A stretch of DNA of 64,000 nt, taken from positions 426,814 to 490,813 of the forward strand of contig CAWGXL010000010.1 of the NCBI GenBank assembly GCA_963826535.1. Direction: 5' to 3'. Origin of the DNA: an uncultured bacterium (GTDB taxonomy: Bacteria; Patescibacteriota; Microgenomatia; Levybacterales; UBA12049). Below are positions 37,103 through 46,470 of this stretch, one piece after another (within the stretch, counting starts at the first letter, position 1; every line of letters starts with the position of its first letter). Made by a program: the position numbers and the translations under genes. The notes beneath the pieces are model-generated. The model saw only the letters and a list, made by a program, of their open reading frames with translations. It was not told the DNA's origin and did not search any database.

Positions 37103-37744
37103 ATGACCAAAGAACAAAAAGTCAAAGAAATTATTAACCGTCTTTCCAAAGTTTACCCCCACCCCCGCACCGCACTCAATCATGCTAACCCTCTACAATT
37201 ACTCGTTGCAACCATCCTTTCAGCTCAAGCAACTGACAAACTGGTAAATCTAATAACTCCGCAATTATTCCAAAAATACGAATCAGCCCAAGCATTTGCT
37301 ATTGCGGATGTAAAAGAATTAGACTCTTACATCAACAAAGTCAATTTTCACAACAACAAAGCCAAAAACATCCAAGCTGCCTGTAAAATTATTGCTGAAA
37401 AATACAAAGGGAAAGTACCCGATACAATGGAAGAACTAGACGCCCTCCCCGGAGTCGCCCGCAAAACAGCCAATGTTGTCCTGGGAAATGCATTCAACAA
37501 AGCCGAAGGAATTGTAGTTGACACACACGTCATGCGTCTATCGCAGAAATTAGGTCTTACAGAATCCAATGATCCGGTAAAGATCGAGCTGGATTTGATG
37601 AAAATTGTTCCCAAAGAAAAGTGGATCGACTTCTCCCATCTATTAATAAATTTCGGAAGAGAATATTGTCCCGCAAGACGGCACAAATGCGACAATTGCC
37701 CCCTAGGAAATTTATGTCCAGACACCAAAATACTTAATACTTAA
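37103..37744 (+). CDS. nth: Endonuclease III (HhH-GPD DNA glycosylase with 4Fe-4S loop)
   Basis: LLVATILSAQATD, HhH-GPD LPGVARKTANVVL, catalytic-region VVDTHV, cluster CPARRHKCDNCPLGNLC (C-X6-C-X2-C-X5-C). Confidence 0.9.
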   Translation: MTKEQKVKEIINRLSKVYPHPRTALNHANPLQLLVATILSAQATDKLVNLITPQLFQKYESAQAFAIADVKELDSYINKVNFHNNKAKNIQAACKIIAEKYKGKVPDTMEELDALPGVARKTANVVLGNAFNKAEGIVVDTHVMRLSQKLGLTESNDPVKIELDLMKIVPKEKWIDFSHLLINFGREYCPARRHKCDNCPLGNLCPDTKILNT

Positions 37745-37800
37745 TACTTAATACTTAATACTTAATACTTAATACTTAATACTTAATACTTAATACTTAA
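37731..37800 (+). repeat. Heptanucleotide tandem repeat (TACTTAA)x10
   Basis: Perfect 10-copy array. Supplies the last codons and stop of nth. Lies between convergent nth and typA. Confidence 0.9.
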
Positions 37801-39614
37801 ATTATGCCCTGCGACTTCTTCCTTTTCTCTTCCGCCTCATCCAGTATCAACTTCCGTATCCTCACATTCTTCGGTGTCACTTCCACCAACTCATCATCAG
37901 CTACATACTCCAACGCGTCATCCAACTCCATTACTCTTGGAGTATTAAAATGCTCGATCCCTCCATCACCCTTTGATCGCATATTCGAAAGCTGTTTCAT
38001 CTTACATACGTTGATCCTTAGATCATCACTCCGTGAATTCTGACCCACAACCTGCCCTTTATACACCTGCACCGCCGGCCCGATAAACAACGAACCTCTA
38101 TCCTGAATATTAACAAGCCCGTATAGACTCGTCACCCCGGTCTCATGTGCCACTAAAGATCCATGTTCACGTTTAAGCGGCTCTCCGCTGTCTTCATCAT
38201 ATTTTAAAAATGACGTGCTGATAATCCCGGTTCCTCTAGTATCTGTGATAAACTCGCTCCTATAACCGAAAAGACTACTTGTCGGCATAATAAATTGAAA
38301 AAAGGATATTCCTTTCTCATCAGTTGTCATATCCTCAAGCACTGCTTTCCGTGCACCTAACTTTTGCATCACAACTCCCGAGAAATTTTCCGGTACCTCT
38401 ATAAACACACGTTCAAAAGGCGCCAGCTTCTTTCCATTTACCACTTTTGTAATTACCTGCGGCCGCGACACCTGAAATTCATATCCTTCCCGACGCATTC
38501 GTTCAATAAAAATTGCCAAATGCAGCTCTCCGCGCCCCGACACCAGCCAATTTCCATCAGGCTGATCCGCAACCCGCAATGCCATATCCGTCTCAAGTTC
38601 TTTATACAATCTTTCCCGTATTTGCCTGGAAGTCTTAAACTCACCCTCTTTACCTGCAAAAGGAGAATTATTCACATTAAACGTCATCTTCACAGTCGGC
38701 TCCTCAATTGCCAACACAGGCAAGGCGATAGGTGTTATTGGATCGGCGATAGTTGCACCGATTGCAATATCCGGTATCCCTGCAATGGCAACAATATCCC
38801 CGGTTTGTACCTCGGCCACGTCACCTCTATTCAGTCCCACAAAAGTCATCAAACTGGACAATCTATATTTCTTCACCTCGCCTGTACGGGAAATATAAGC
38901 AACCTCTGAATTCTGCTTCATACTACCATTATATATACGTCCAACCCCGATCCTACCTTTGAAATTATCATAACTCAAAGAAGTCACCATCATTTGCAAT
39001 GGTTGGTCCTGAACACCGGTCGGAGCTGGTATATGAGCCAGTATTTCATCAAAAATCGGAGATATATCATTCATCTTAGTCAAATCCTGTTCAAGTCCTG
39101 CCCTACCTTCCTTCCCGCTGGCATAAATGATCGGAAAATCAGCTGTATTATCATCCGCTCCGAGCTCCAGAAATAAATCCAGTGTTTTATCCAGCACTTG
39201 ATTAATTCTCGCGTCACTCCTGTCAATTTTATTAACCACAACTATTATTTTTAATTTTTGCTCAAGTGCCTTTTTCAAAACAAATCGGGTTTGCGGCATT
39301 GGTCCCTCTTTTGCATCAATAAGCAGTAAAGCTCCGTCAGCCATTGTCAAAACCCGCTCGACCTCACCACCGAAATCCGCATGCCCCGGCGTATCAATAA
39401 TATTTATCTTGGTTCCATTCCACACCACTGACGCATTCTTTGAAAAAATCGTAATCCCGCGTTCTTTTTCCAACTCATTACTATCCATTATGAGTTCCTG
39501 TTCCACCAACTCTTTATTCAAATACGTCTTAGATTGGCGCAAAAGAGCATCAACCAGAGTAGTCTTCCCATGATCAACATGGGCAATAATAGCAACATTC
39601 CTTATATTTATCAT
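37797..39614 (-). CDS. typA: Translational GTPase TypA/BipA
   Basis: Start MINIRNVAIIAHVDHGKTTLVDALL (G1). DTPGHADF (G3). NKID (G4). EF-G-like domains. About 605 aa. Confidence 0.9.
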   Translation of the reverse strand: MINIRNVAIIAHVDHGKTTLVDALLRQSKTYLNKELVEQELIMDSNELEKERGITIFSKNASVVWNGTKINIIDTPGHADFGGEVERVLTMADGALLLIDAKEGPMPQTRFVLKKALEQKLKIIVVVNKIDRSDARINQVLDKTLDLFLELGADDNTADFPIIYASGKEGRAGLEQDLTKMNDISPIFDEILAHIPAPTGVQDQPLQMMVTSLSYDNFKGRIGVGRIYNGSMKQNSEVAYISRTGEVKKYRLSSLMTFVGLNRGDVAEVQTGDIVAIAGIPDIAIGATIADPITPIALPVLAIEEPTVKMTFNVNNSPFAGKEGEFKTSRQIRERLYKELETDMALRVADQPDGNWLVSGRGELHLAIFIERMRREGYEFQVSRPQVITKVVNGKKLAPFERVFIEVPENFSGVVMQKLGARKAVLEDMTTDEKGISFFQFIMPTSSLFGYRSEFITDTRGTGIISTSFLKYDEDSGEPLKREHGSLVAHETGVTSLYGLVNIQDRGSLFIGPAVQVYKGQVVGQNSRSDDLRINVCKMKQLSNMRSKGDGGIEHFNTPRVMELDDALEYVADDELVEVTPKNVRIRKLILDEAEEKRKKSQGII

Positions 39615-39681
39615 AATTAAAATAAAAAACCGCTCTCGCGGTCTATTTATATTACCATTTCTACCACAAATTAGCAACTAT

Positions 39682-39912
39682 TTACTTCTCTTCACCTTCT
39701 ACAACTGCATGATACTCGCTAATAAGAAAAAGGAAAATCAAAACGCCTACAACAAGAGGTAAAAAAAGAGAGACTATTATGAAAAATAATACCGGAAAAT
39801 GAAGAACCGGGGTATTATGCTTATCCGTAATCACAATTCTTCGGGCATGTCCGCCCTTCACAATCTGTGTCAGTTTTTTAGATACTTTCTCTCCATGCTT
39901 CTGCCAGGTCAT
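39682..39912 (-). CDS. Small membrane hypothetical protein
   Basis: 76 aa with a single TM. Weak. Confidence 0.25.
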   Translation of the reverse strand: MTWQKHGEKVSKKLTQIVKGGHARRIVITDKHNTPVLHFPVLFFIIVSLFLPLVVGVLIFLFLISEYHAVVEGEEK

Positions 39913-39966
39913 ACGTCAAGTATAGCACAGCTTTCAGTAAATGCCTAGACAAAACCATCTCACGTA

Positions 39967-40320
39967 ATGCATAATAAAAACCAATATATGCCGGGAAAAA
40001 AACAAACCTCACCTTTTGGAAAATATTTCGTCTATTTAGACCAAATTGACACATCGGTAAAACACTCGGAAGAGTTCGGCTCTATTCTAATTTTAAGCTT
40101 AGTTGAGGAAGTAGGGGAGATGGCCCGCGCTTATCTCGCCAAACACGGCCGCAAACCAACAAATCTTACAGCTCAAAAAGACGAGACTTATAGACAGGAA
40201 TTAGGCGACATTTTAGTTGCTATACTTCGCTTCGCCCGCGTAAAAAATATCAACCTAGATAAACGCATTATGTATTCGCTGAAAAAAATCGAACACCGGA
40301 TAAAAGAACCGAAAGCATAA
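39967..40320 (+). CDS. MazG-like nucleotide pyrophosphohydrolase domain protein
   Basis: LVEEVGEMARA ... ELGDILVAILRFA matches the EExxE...D MazG motif pattern. Confidence 0.5.
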   Translation: MHNKNQYMPGKKQTSPFGKYFVYLDQIDTSVKHSEEFGSILILSLVEEVGEMARAYLAKHGRKPTNLTAQKDETYRQELGDILVAILRFARVKNINLDKRIMYSLKKIEHRIKEPKA

Positions 40321-40369
40321 TGTCATTGCGATCCCGATTTAATCGGGAGAAGCAATCTTTATAAATAAT

Positions 40370-40657
40370 ATGACCAAATACAAAAAAGCATTTAAAGAAA
40401 TGCTTGAATACAATCAAAAACTCTTCGATGATTTCATAATAATTCACAATAATTTTGAGAAAAACTCAATAAATTGGCAGGACAAATTTAATGAGGAAGG
40501 CACAAAAGTACTGCGTGTAATTAGAAGATATGAAAACAACCTCTGTTCTCGCTCGGAAAATACCGGCTTTGGTAAATTCTCGACCAATCTCTCAGACAAA
40601 TTTTGGGAAGAAGTTAGAATTACTTTGCCTCTTATTGACCGTGTAAAAATTATCTAA
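40370..40657 (+). CDS. Hypothetical protein
   Basis: 95 aa ORF behind the shared leader motif. Confidence 0.35.
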   Translation: MTKYKKAFKEMLEYNQKLFDDFIIIHNNFEKNSINWQDKFNEEGTKVLRVIRRYENNLCSRSENTGFGKFSTNLSDKFWEEVRITLPLIDRVKII

Positions 40658-40745
40658 AATATTATTCCCTATCCTATTAGGGGCTGACGACCGAAGGAAG
40701 GAGCCCGCTTGCTTGACAAGGGCGGGGAGGATTAGGGTGAGGTTT
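40658..40745. other. GC-rich structured intergenic element (candidate small RNA / bidirectional terminator)
   Basis: CCCUAUCCUAUUAGGGG ... GGAGCCCGCUUGCUUGACAAGGGCGGGGAGGAUUAGGGUGAGG. Inverted segments CCCUAUCCU/AGGAUUAGGG and GCCCGC/GGGCGGG sit in an otherwise AT-rich context. Confidence 0.3.
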
Positions 40746-41028
40746 AATTTGTATCCTTTTGCTTGAAAACTTTCTTTGCTTTTCGTAGTCCCGCCTTTAA
40801 AATTGACATTCCCACTTTAGCAGCCGTCTCTTCAGGATGCTGAATTGCGTTTTCTACAATCTTTATTTTCTCAGTAACCTGTCTGCGTATATCCAAAACC
40901 TGTCTGACAATATAATAAATCCCAATCCCTATTCCCACAAGAAGAACAATATTGAGAACCATATAAATAATCCCGAGTATATAAAAAGTAGACTCCAACT
41001 GTGTCATAGTAACAATATTATTATACAA
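40744..41028 (-). CDS. Small membrane hypothetical protein
   Basis: 94 aa, one TM helix. Confidence 0.35.
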   Translation of the reverse strand: MYNNIVTMTQLESTFYILGIIYMVLNIVLLVGIGIGIYYIVRQVLDIRRQVTEKIKIVENAIQHPEETAAKVGMSILKAGLRKAKKVFKQKDTN

Positions 41029-41122
41029 TTTTTATCAACAAAAATCCACAATTTCACGTATTATTCAAAATCTGCTAAAATAGTAGGTGTACTCAGGCTA
41101 AATTACTCAGCTCTTTATTCAT

Positions 41123-41893
41123 ATGGTGGAAATGTACGACAAACCAAAACACGTAGAAGATACTTTTAATGAAGGTAATCTTTCCGAGTATCTATTAAAA
41201 GCCCAAAAGGCTGAATTTATTGAACTCAAAAAAACAATTCCAGAACTTTACAAGAAAAATAAACATGCTCTATCAGTTTTAGATATAGGCATCGGAGATG
41301 CAAGAATTTTAAAACACCTTGTTGGAACAGAAGAAACCTGGGACGTAATCGAACATTATGACGGAATAGACATTGCACAGACCTGCGTCGATATTTCTAA
41401 AAATGTTATCAAGGAATTAAAAATCGAGAACAAAGCAAGTATTCAATTACTTGATGCCGTGAACCTTAAAACTCTCAACCAAAAATATGATCTGATTATT
41501 TCCACCTGGTTTACTGCAGGAAACTTCTATCCGTTCGCTTTTGATTTCAAAAAATTCCAGCAAGGATACGACATGTCCACAAATGATAAATTTACCACAA
41601 TCTTCAAACAAGCTTATGAGATGCTAAGCCCGAATGGAGAAATAATCATCGGTTCAATGTATATCGACAATGAAGCAACAAGAAAAAAACAAGAAGATTC
41701 CTACCGGCATTTTGGCTGGACGGTAATAACCGATGACAGAGATTGTTTTACTGCAACAAAAGGTGGTTGGTGGTCTCAAAGATTTACAAAACAAAGAGTT
41801 TATGATTATTTGGCTTTTGTTCCGAAAAAAAAGATTTCTTTTACTCCACTAGACACTTATGATTATGCTATGATGGTAAGAATAAAAAAATAA
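41123..41893 (+). CDS. Class I SAM-dependent methyltransferase
   Basis: Motif I VLDIGIGDARIL. Acidic DGIDIAQ. Motif IV LIISTWF. Confidence 0.55.
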   Translation: MVEMYDKPKHVEDTFNEGNLSEYLLKAQKAEFIELKKTIPELYKKNKHALSVLDIGIGDARILKHLVGTEETWDVIEHYDGIDIAQTCVDISKNVIKELKIENKASIQLLDAVNLKTLNQKYDLIISTWFTAGNFYPFAFDFKKFQQGYDMSTNDKFTTIFKQAYEMLSPNGEIIIGSMYIDNEATRKKQEDSYRHFGWTVITDDRDCFTATKGGWWSQRFTKQRVYDYLAFVPKKKISFTPLDTYDYAMMVRIKK

Positions 41894-41927
41894 ATGTCGG
41901 CTCTTAAAACCAGGAATTAAACCCCTC

Positions 41928-42455
41928 TCAACTTCCACAATTTTCACTCTTATTCTCAGCTTTCAAAATATGATCCTTCTTTACAGAGTTTTTCAAATAT
42001 TTAGCAGTATTCTCATGTTTACCAATCAACAGAATAAGACTGTCATACGGCCGTATCGGAAAACTCAAGATATCATTTACTTTTTTACCATTAATATAAG
42101 CAACAATTGGTTTTGATGTAACAATTGTAAACTTTATATTCTTAAATAAATCTCCCCAGACTGCATTGCTTCTATGCACATGCACAACGTCGCCAACAAA
42201 ATCATGCAGATGTGCTTTTTCCATCTGATCATCTTCTACCACATTCCCGTCATCTGTCGTGCACGGCTCCACTTTCATATACTTTAGATCCGAAAAATCC
42301 TGAGCCTTTCCATCAACATAAACCCGAAACCCTGCATGATTATGAACTTGCTCTACTTTGTAAAAATTTACATAATAAAAATATCCGGCAACTCCAAAGC
42401 CAGCCAAAATCAAAAGCAACAATAAAATTTTCTTCATAATTGACGTTCTTCCCAT
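41928..42455 (-). CDS. Membrane-anchored hypothetical protein
   Basis: N-terminal TM. His-rich segment HLHDFVGDVVHVHRSN. Confidence 0.35.
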   Translation of the reverse strand: MGRTSIMKKILLLLLILAGFGVAGYFYYVNFYKVEQVHNHAGFRVYVDGKAQDFSDLKYMKVEPCTTDDGNVVEDDQMEKAHLHDFVGDVVHVHRSNAVWGDLFKNIKFTIVTSKPIVAYINGKKVNDILSFPIRPYDSLILLIGKHENTAKYLKNSVKKDHILKAENKSENCGS

Positions 42456-42709
42456 TCTCTTACCGAATTTTACACATTATATTATATTAAAGATATAAAT
42501 TATAGTCAGTAATTTATATGCTAATTTATAAATTTCTAAAAAATCATTCGCCCCCGATGGGATATTATAAACCACCCTAGGTAGTTATATTGAACCAATT
42601 TACTAAAAATATACCACATAATTAATTTTGGGGATATTTTAGTGTGCAAATAGCTAAGTTAACAATCGATATGAAGATATATATTCTATTAATGAGGTGT
42701 ATTTAAGTA

Positions 42710-42961
42710 TCAAACGCTAGCTTTATTAGCATTAGCTATTCTTGCATCACTTCGTTTTTTATCTATCACGTTTTTATCTTTTTGAATTTGCATTCGCTTA
42801 TCGGCTTCTTTATCCTTTTTTTCCTGACATACTTTATTTGAACACCGATAAATTGAAGTAGTCTGAGAAAAAACTGAACCCGATACATGTTCCGTCACAC
42901 GGCTAACAAGTATAAGTTTGGAATTACACTGGAAACAAATAGTACTATTCTTATGGCTCAT
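42710..42961 (-). CDS. Small zinc-ribbon-like protein
   Basis: CFQCNSK ... CSNKVCQ (C-X2-C ... C-X4-C) with a basic C-terminal tail. Confidence 0.3.
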   Translation of the reverse strand: MSHKNSTICFQCNSKLILVSRVTEHVSGSVFSQTTSIYRCSNKVCQEKKDKEADKRMQIQKDKNVIDKKRSDARIANANKASV

Positions 42962-43137
42962 TATACCTATATTATACCACACTTGAAATATTTTTTATAG
43001 ACCTGTATAATATAAAAACAATATACTTCTTTTGATAACTGAATAGATTATCAAGAACTACTTACCAAAAATAGTTTTTGTAGTGTTTCATAAACAGATT
43101 GTCAGAAAGAGTGAACAAGAAGGAGGTGACAAGCTAA

Positions 43138-43509
43138 ATGGCAAAAAAACTATTTGTTGGAGGACTTTCCTGGGATACAACAGACTCAACATTAAATGAA
43201 TTCTTCACCAAAGTAGGAAAAGTGATATCTGCCAATGTTATTACAGACAGATACACAGGAAAATCCAAGGGTTTTGGATTTGTAGAAATGACAACTGAAG
43301 AAGAAGCGGAAAAAGCAAAACAAGAACTAAACGGACAAACCCTTGATGGTCGTTCAATAACAATTAGCGACGCTCGTCCACAGCAACCAAGAGAAAATTT
43401 TTCAGGCGGTTTTGGTGGTGGTGGGGGAAGACGCGATGACAACAGAGGAGGCGGCCGAAACGACCGTCGTGATAGAGACAATCGCAGAGGCGGAGGAGGA
43501 CGTTACTAA
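43138..43509 (+). CDS. RRM-type glycine-rich RNA-binding protein
   Basis: RNP2 LFVGGL, RNP1 KGFGFVEM, C-terminal RGG/GGR tail. Strong SD AAGGAGGTG. Confidence 0.9.
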   Translation: MAKKLFVGGLSWDTTDSTLNEFFTKVGKVISANVITDRYTGKSKGFGFVEMTTEEEAEKAKQELNGQTLDGRSITISDARPQQPRENFSGGFGGGGGRRDDNRGGGRNDRRDRDNRRGGGGRY

Positions 43510-43945
43510 AAACTCTTCAAACTTAGTTTGTTGACGCTACAATTTTCCGTAATTGGGAAAGTGTTATGAAGTCTGAATTATCACAGTTTGCTACTGATTT
43601 TATCGACGAACTAAAACAAGTACTTATTTATACTAGCGTCCTTAATAATGCTTTTTAAATATTACTTCTTCAAAAGCCAATTTTCAAAAAAACCTCATGA
43701 GCCTTAGCAACGTCTTCATTTATAAAATACTAATAATGGATAAGCTTGAAAGGCCTTCTATTTGTTGTTGATTTTACTACTCCTCGCTCTTGTCTGCATA
43801 GTTTAACTTTCAAATCTATTGTAAATCCTATATAGAACTTTTTATCTTTTAAACTTAGAAGGTTATAAATGTAAAGTCTCTATATTAAATCGTCAAACGA
43901 TTCTCTTATTTATATTATATAAATGAAAGCCAAGTCCGACTCGGG

Positions 43946-44016
43946 AGCGGGTGAAGAGAATCGAACTCTCGTAACATGCTTGGAAAGCACGTGTTCTGCC
44001 ATTGAACTACACCCGC
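43946..44016 (-). tRNA. tRNA-Gly (anticodon TCC)
   Basis: Reverse complement: GCGGGTG/TA/GTTC-AATGGCA-GAAC/A/CGTGC-TTTCCAA-GCATG/TTAC/GAGAG-TTCGATT-CTCTT/CACCCGC+T. Confidence 0.8.
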
Positions 44017-44110
44017 GTAAGCCTTTCAATTATAACACAATTGTAATACACCTCCTTGAATTTTCACTAGATATAAGTATAATGAAATAGAATTCTGCCC
44101 GGCAGAACGT

Positions 44111-45229
44111 ATGAGAAGGTTTAAAATAAAAAACAGACAAAAGAGAAAATACACAAGAAAAAACCAAATACAAAGCCCTTTCTATCTCTATAAATCATTT
44201 GCCTTAAACTTAATCCCCATCTTTCTTATAGTTGCTGCCGCTTTTAGCATGTTTTTACTGATCCAAAACAACTCACTATTAAAACAACAGCCAAATTTTC
44301 ACATATCTACTCCAAGCACACCAAATATATCGTTTCCGAATTTGATTAACTACACCCAAAGTATTCAAAATACCTCAATTCATATTGTTAATAAAACATT
44401 TTATTCAGCTACTCAAACTACAAATAATTTCTATAGTACTTTCACAAAGATACTGCAATTTCTTGATTTCCGGCCCATAATATCGAAAGTAATAAATATT
44501 GCATTTCAGGTTTTAACTGAAACAGGAAAAATAATAATTTTTGTCACCCGTCAAATAGGAATTGCTACCAAAACGACTATTAATAGCTTAATATATTTTG
44601 CAAATGCCATAATATCTGTATTTGAAAATATGTTTTCAAACCTCGTTACAATTACTATGAAAGCTATAATTACAACAACTATTTCAATTAATAATACAGT
44701 TATTAATTTTGTAAATTCAATAATTGTTTTATTAACCCAAATAACTCAAGTATTTACAAACATTCTTACCTCAATTTACAAATTACTACCTCCAATTATA
44801 CAAGCAATAAGAAATATAATAATGAATTTTCTTGTTACATTTATAAATACAACAAATATTTTAATAACCAAAACCATAAACATATTATCAAACATTCTAT
44901 CCTCAATTTACAACTTTATACCTCCAATGATCCGTACTATTAATACTTTAATTATGAATATTCTCGCAACGATTGCTAACAGCCTTCAATTAATAGATAG
45001 CAAAATAACTCAACTCCTAAACCAGTTAATAAATGTAGTTAAGTCACCATTTATCGAATTCAACAAAGAAATGCAACCCTTTATGCAATTCATAAACAAA
45101 TGTGCTCAAATTCTGAATCTATCCGCCCGCAGTCATTTTACAAATAGCGATACCATATTTAAATTTTTTTCCTCTCATTCAAAAAATCCAGTGAGCCTAA
45201 CTCCACAAATTAACTCTGGAATATTTTAA
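44111..45229 (+). CDS. Hypothetical membrane-anchored protein with internal ~40 aa repeats
   Basis: Repeats of type N[IL]L[ST]SIY[KN][LF][LI]PP[IM]I[QR][AT]I[RN][NT][IL]IMN. Confidence 0.4.
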   Translation: MRRFKIKNRQKRKYTRKNQIQSPFYLYKSFALNLIPIFLIVAAAFSMFLLIQNNSLLKQQPNFHISTPSTPNISFPNLINYTQSIQNTSIHIVNKTFYSATQTTNNFYSTFTKILQFLDFRPIISKVINIAFQVLTETGKIIIFVTRQIGIATKTTINSLIYFANAIISVFENMFSNLVTITMKAIITTTISINNTVINFVNSIIVLLTQITQVFTNILTSIYKLLPPIIQAIRNIIMNFLVTFINTTNILITKTINILSNILSSIYNFIPPMIRTINTLIMNILATIANSLQLIDSKITQLLNQLINVVKSPFIEFNKEMQPFMQFINKCAQILNLSARSHFTNSDTIFKFFSSHSKNPVSLTPQINSGIF

Positions 45230-45251
45230 AATAAAGTGTATAATATTACAG

Positions 45252-45578
45252 ATGACAAAAAATAACGATTTGGTGGAAAGAAAAAAACTGGCCGTTCGAA
45301 TTAAGCTAGCAAGAGAAAGCAGTCATATTTCTCAAAGAGAATTGGGTGAAAGTATAGGCGTTTCAGACAAATCCATTTCCTCTTATGAAAAGGCAAGAAG
45401 CATGCCGCCTATTGAAAAATTAAAAAAAATAGCCTCAAAAACCAATAAACCCATTTTATTTTTCACCGAAGAAAAGACAATAAAGATAGACATTGTAAGC
45501 AAATTAAATGTTATTGACAAAGAACTTCGGGAAATTCGTGATATTTTAAGTAAACTACAGAAAGAAAAAGTAATTTAG
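45252..45578 (+). CDS. XRE-family HTH transcriptional regulator
   Basis: ISQRELGESIGVSDKSISSYEKARSMP helix-turn-helix. Confidence 0.75.
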   Translation: MTKNNDLVERKKLAVRIKLARESSHISQRELGESIGVSDKSISSYEKARSMPPIEKLKKIASKTNKPILFFTEEKTIKIDIVSKLNVIDKELREIRDILSKLQKEKVI

Positions 45579-45712
45579 AATCCATTACCTACAACCACCA
45601 CTGTTGAATAAAGTTCGCTTTTTAAGTAGAATATCCATACAACAAAGTCTTATAGCTGAAAGCAAATAGCTTAACTCGAAATTTCTGAAAGCTGACAGCC
45701 ATTATCTAAATT

Positions 45713-45795
45713 GCCGCGGTGGTGGAATGGCAGACACAAGGGCCTTAAGAGCCCTCGTCCGCAAGGGCGTGAGCGTTCGACTCGCTCCCGCGGCA
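45713..45795 (+). tRNA. tRNA-Leu (anticodon TAA), type II with long variable arm
   Basis: GCCGCGG/TG/GTG-...-CAC/A/AGGGC-CTTAAGA-GCCCT/CGTCC-GCAA-GGGCG/T/GAGCG-TTCGACT-CGCTC/CCGCGGC+A. Confidence 0.8.
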
Positions 45796-45952
45796 CTGAT
45801 ATTCGCTTACTTCAGCTTCTGGCATTAAGCCAGTTCACTGAAGAGCGCTACATCAGTGCATGCACTTTTAAAACAGAAATACGAATATCAATCCTGTTGG
45901 AGTGCTCTTCAGCGAAGTTTACGAGCTGAAGTAAACGGATAACAGGGCACAT

Positions 45953-46207
45953 ATGTTTTATATTTACATTTTAAAAAGTAAGAAGGATAATAATCTCTAT
46001 ACGGGTTTTTCTGGTAATTTAAAAAAGAGATTACAAGAACACCATAACGGAAATGTAGATTCAACAAAAAATAGAAGACCGTTAGTGCTAATATATTATG
46101 AAGCATATCTAGAAAAAACAAACGCATTATTAAGAGAGAAATTCTTAAAAACAACAAAAGGCAAATTACAGTTAAGAAAACAAATTTTATTAGATAGCGG
46201 GGAATAG
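45953..46207 (+). CDS. GIY-YIG nuclease family small protein
   Basis: YIYILKSKKDNNLYTGFSGNLKKRLQEHHNG...RRPLVLIYYE is the URI/GIY-YIG core. The last ~10 nt overlap tRNA-Pro. Confidence 0.8.
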   Translation: MFYIYILKSKKDNNLYTGFSGNLKKRLQEHHNGNVDSTKNRRPLVLIYYEAYLEKTNALLREKFLKTTKGKLQLRKQILLDSGE

Positions 46208-46271
46208 CTCAGTTGGCTAGAGCGCGCGGTTTGGGACCGTGAGGCCGGAGGTTCAAGTCCTCTTTCCCCGA
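46198..46271 (+). tRNA. tRNA-Pro (anticodon TGG)
   Basis: CGGGGAA/TA/GCTC-AGTTGGCTA-GAGC/G/CGCGG-TTTGGGA-CCGTG/AGGCC/GGAGG-TTCAAGT-CCTCT/TTCCCCG+A. Confidence 0.8.
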
Positions 46272-46470
46272 CACTGATTAGACTGAGGCAATACTTGCTT
46301 CACTAGGAATAATATCTTATCTTCATTTAAAATAACCTATAGCATTGCAAGTACAAAATAAAAATGCTATAATCAATCTCACAAGGACAATTTATCTGCT
46401 TTCTGCCTCTAAAAGAAGAAGCTTAATGATTTTTCGAAGCTAATTTTCAATTTTCCTTCAAGACTATCTT

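Noticed and set aside
37731-37800. CRISPR array
   Set aside because: A 7-nt unit repeated head-to-tail with no spacers is a microsatellite, not a repeat-spacer array. No cas genes are present in the window.
43134-43481. 115 aa minus-strand ORF
   Set aside because: It is antisense to the clearly real RRM RNA-binding protein gene. Its Pro/Ser-rich translation is typical of the reverse frame of a Gly/Arg-rich gene.
45711-45929. 72 aa ORF
   Set aside because: It overlaps tRNA-Leu(TAA) and the structured spacer. Its translation is Arg/Pro-rich read-through of tRNA sequence.
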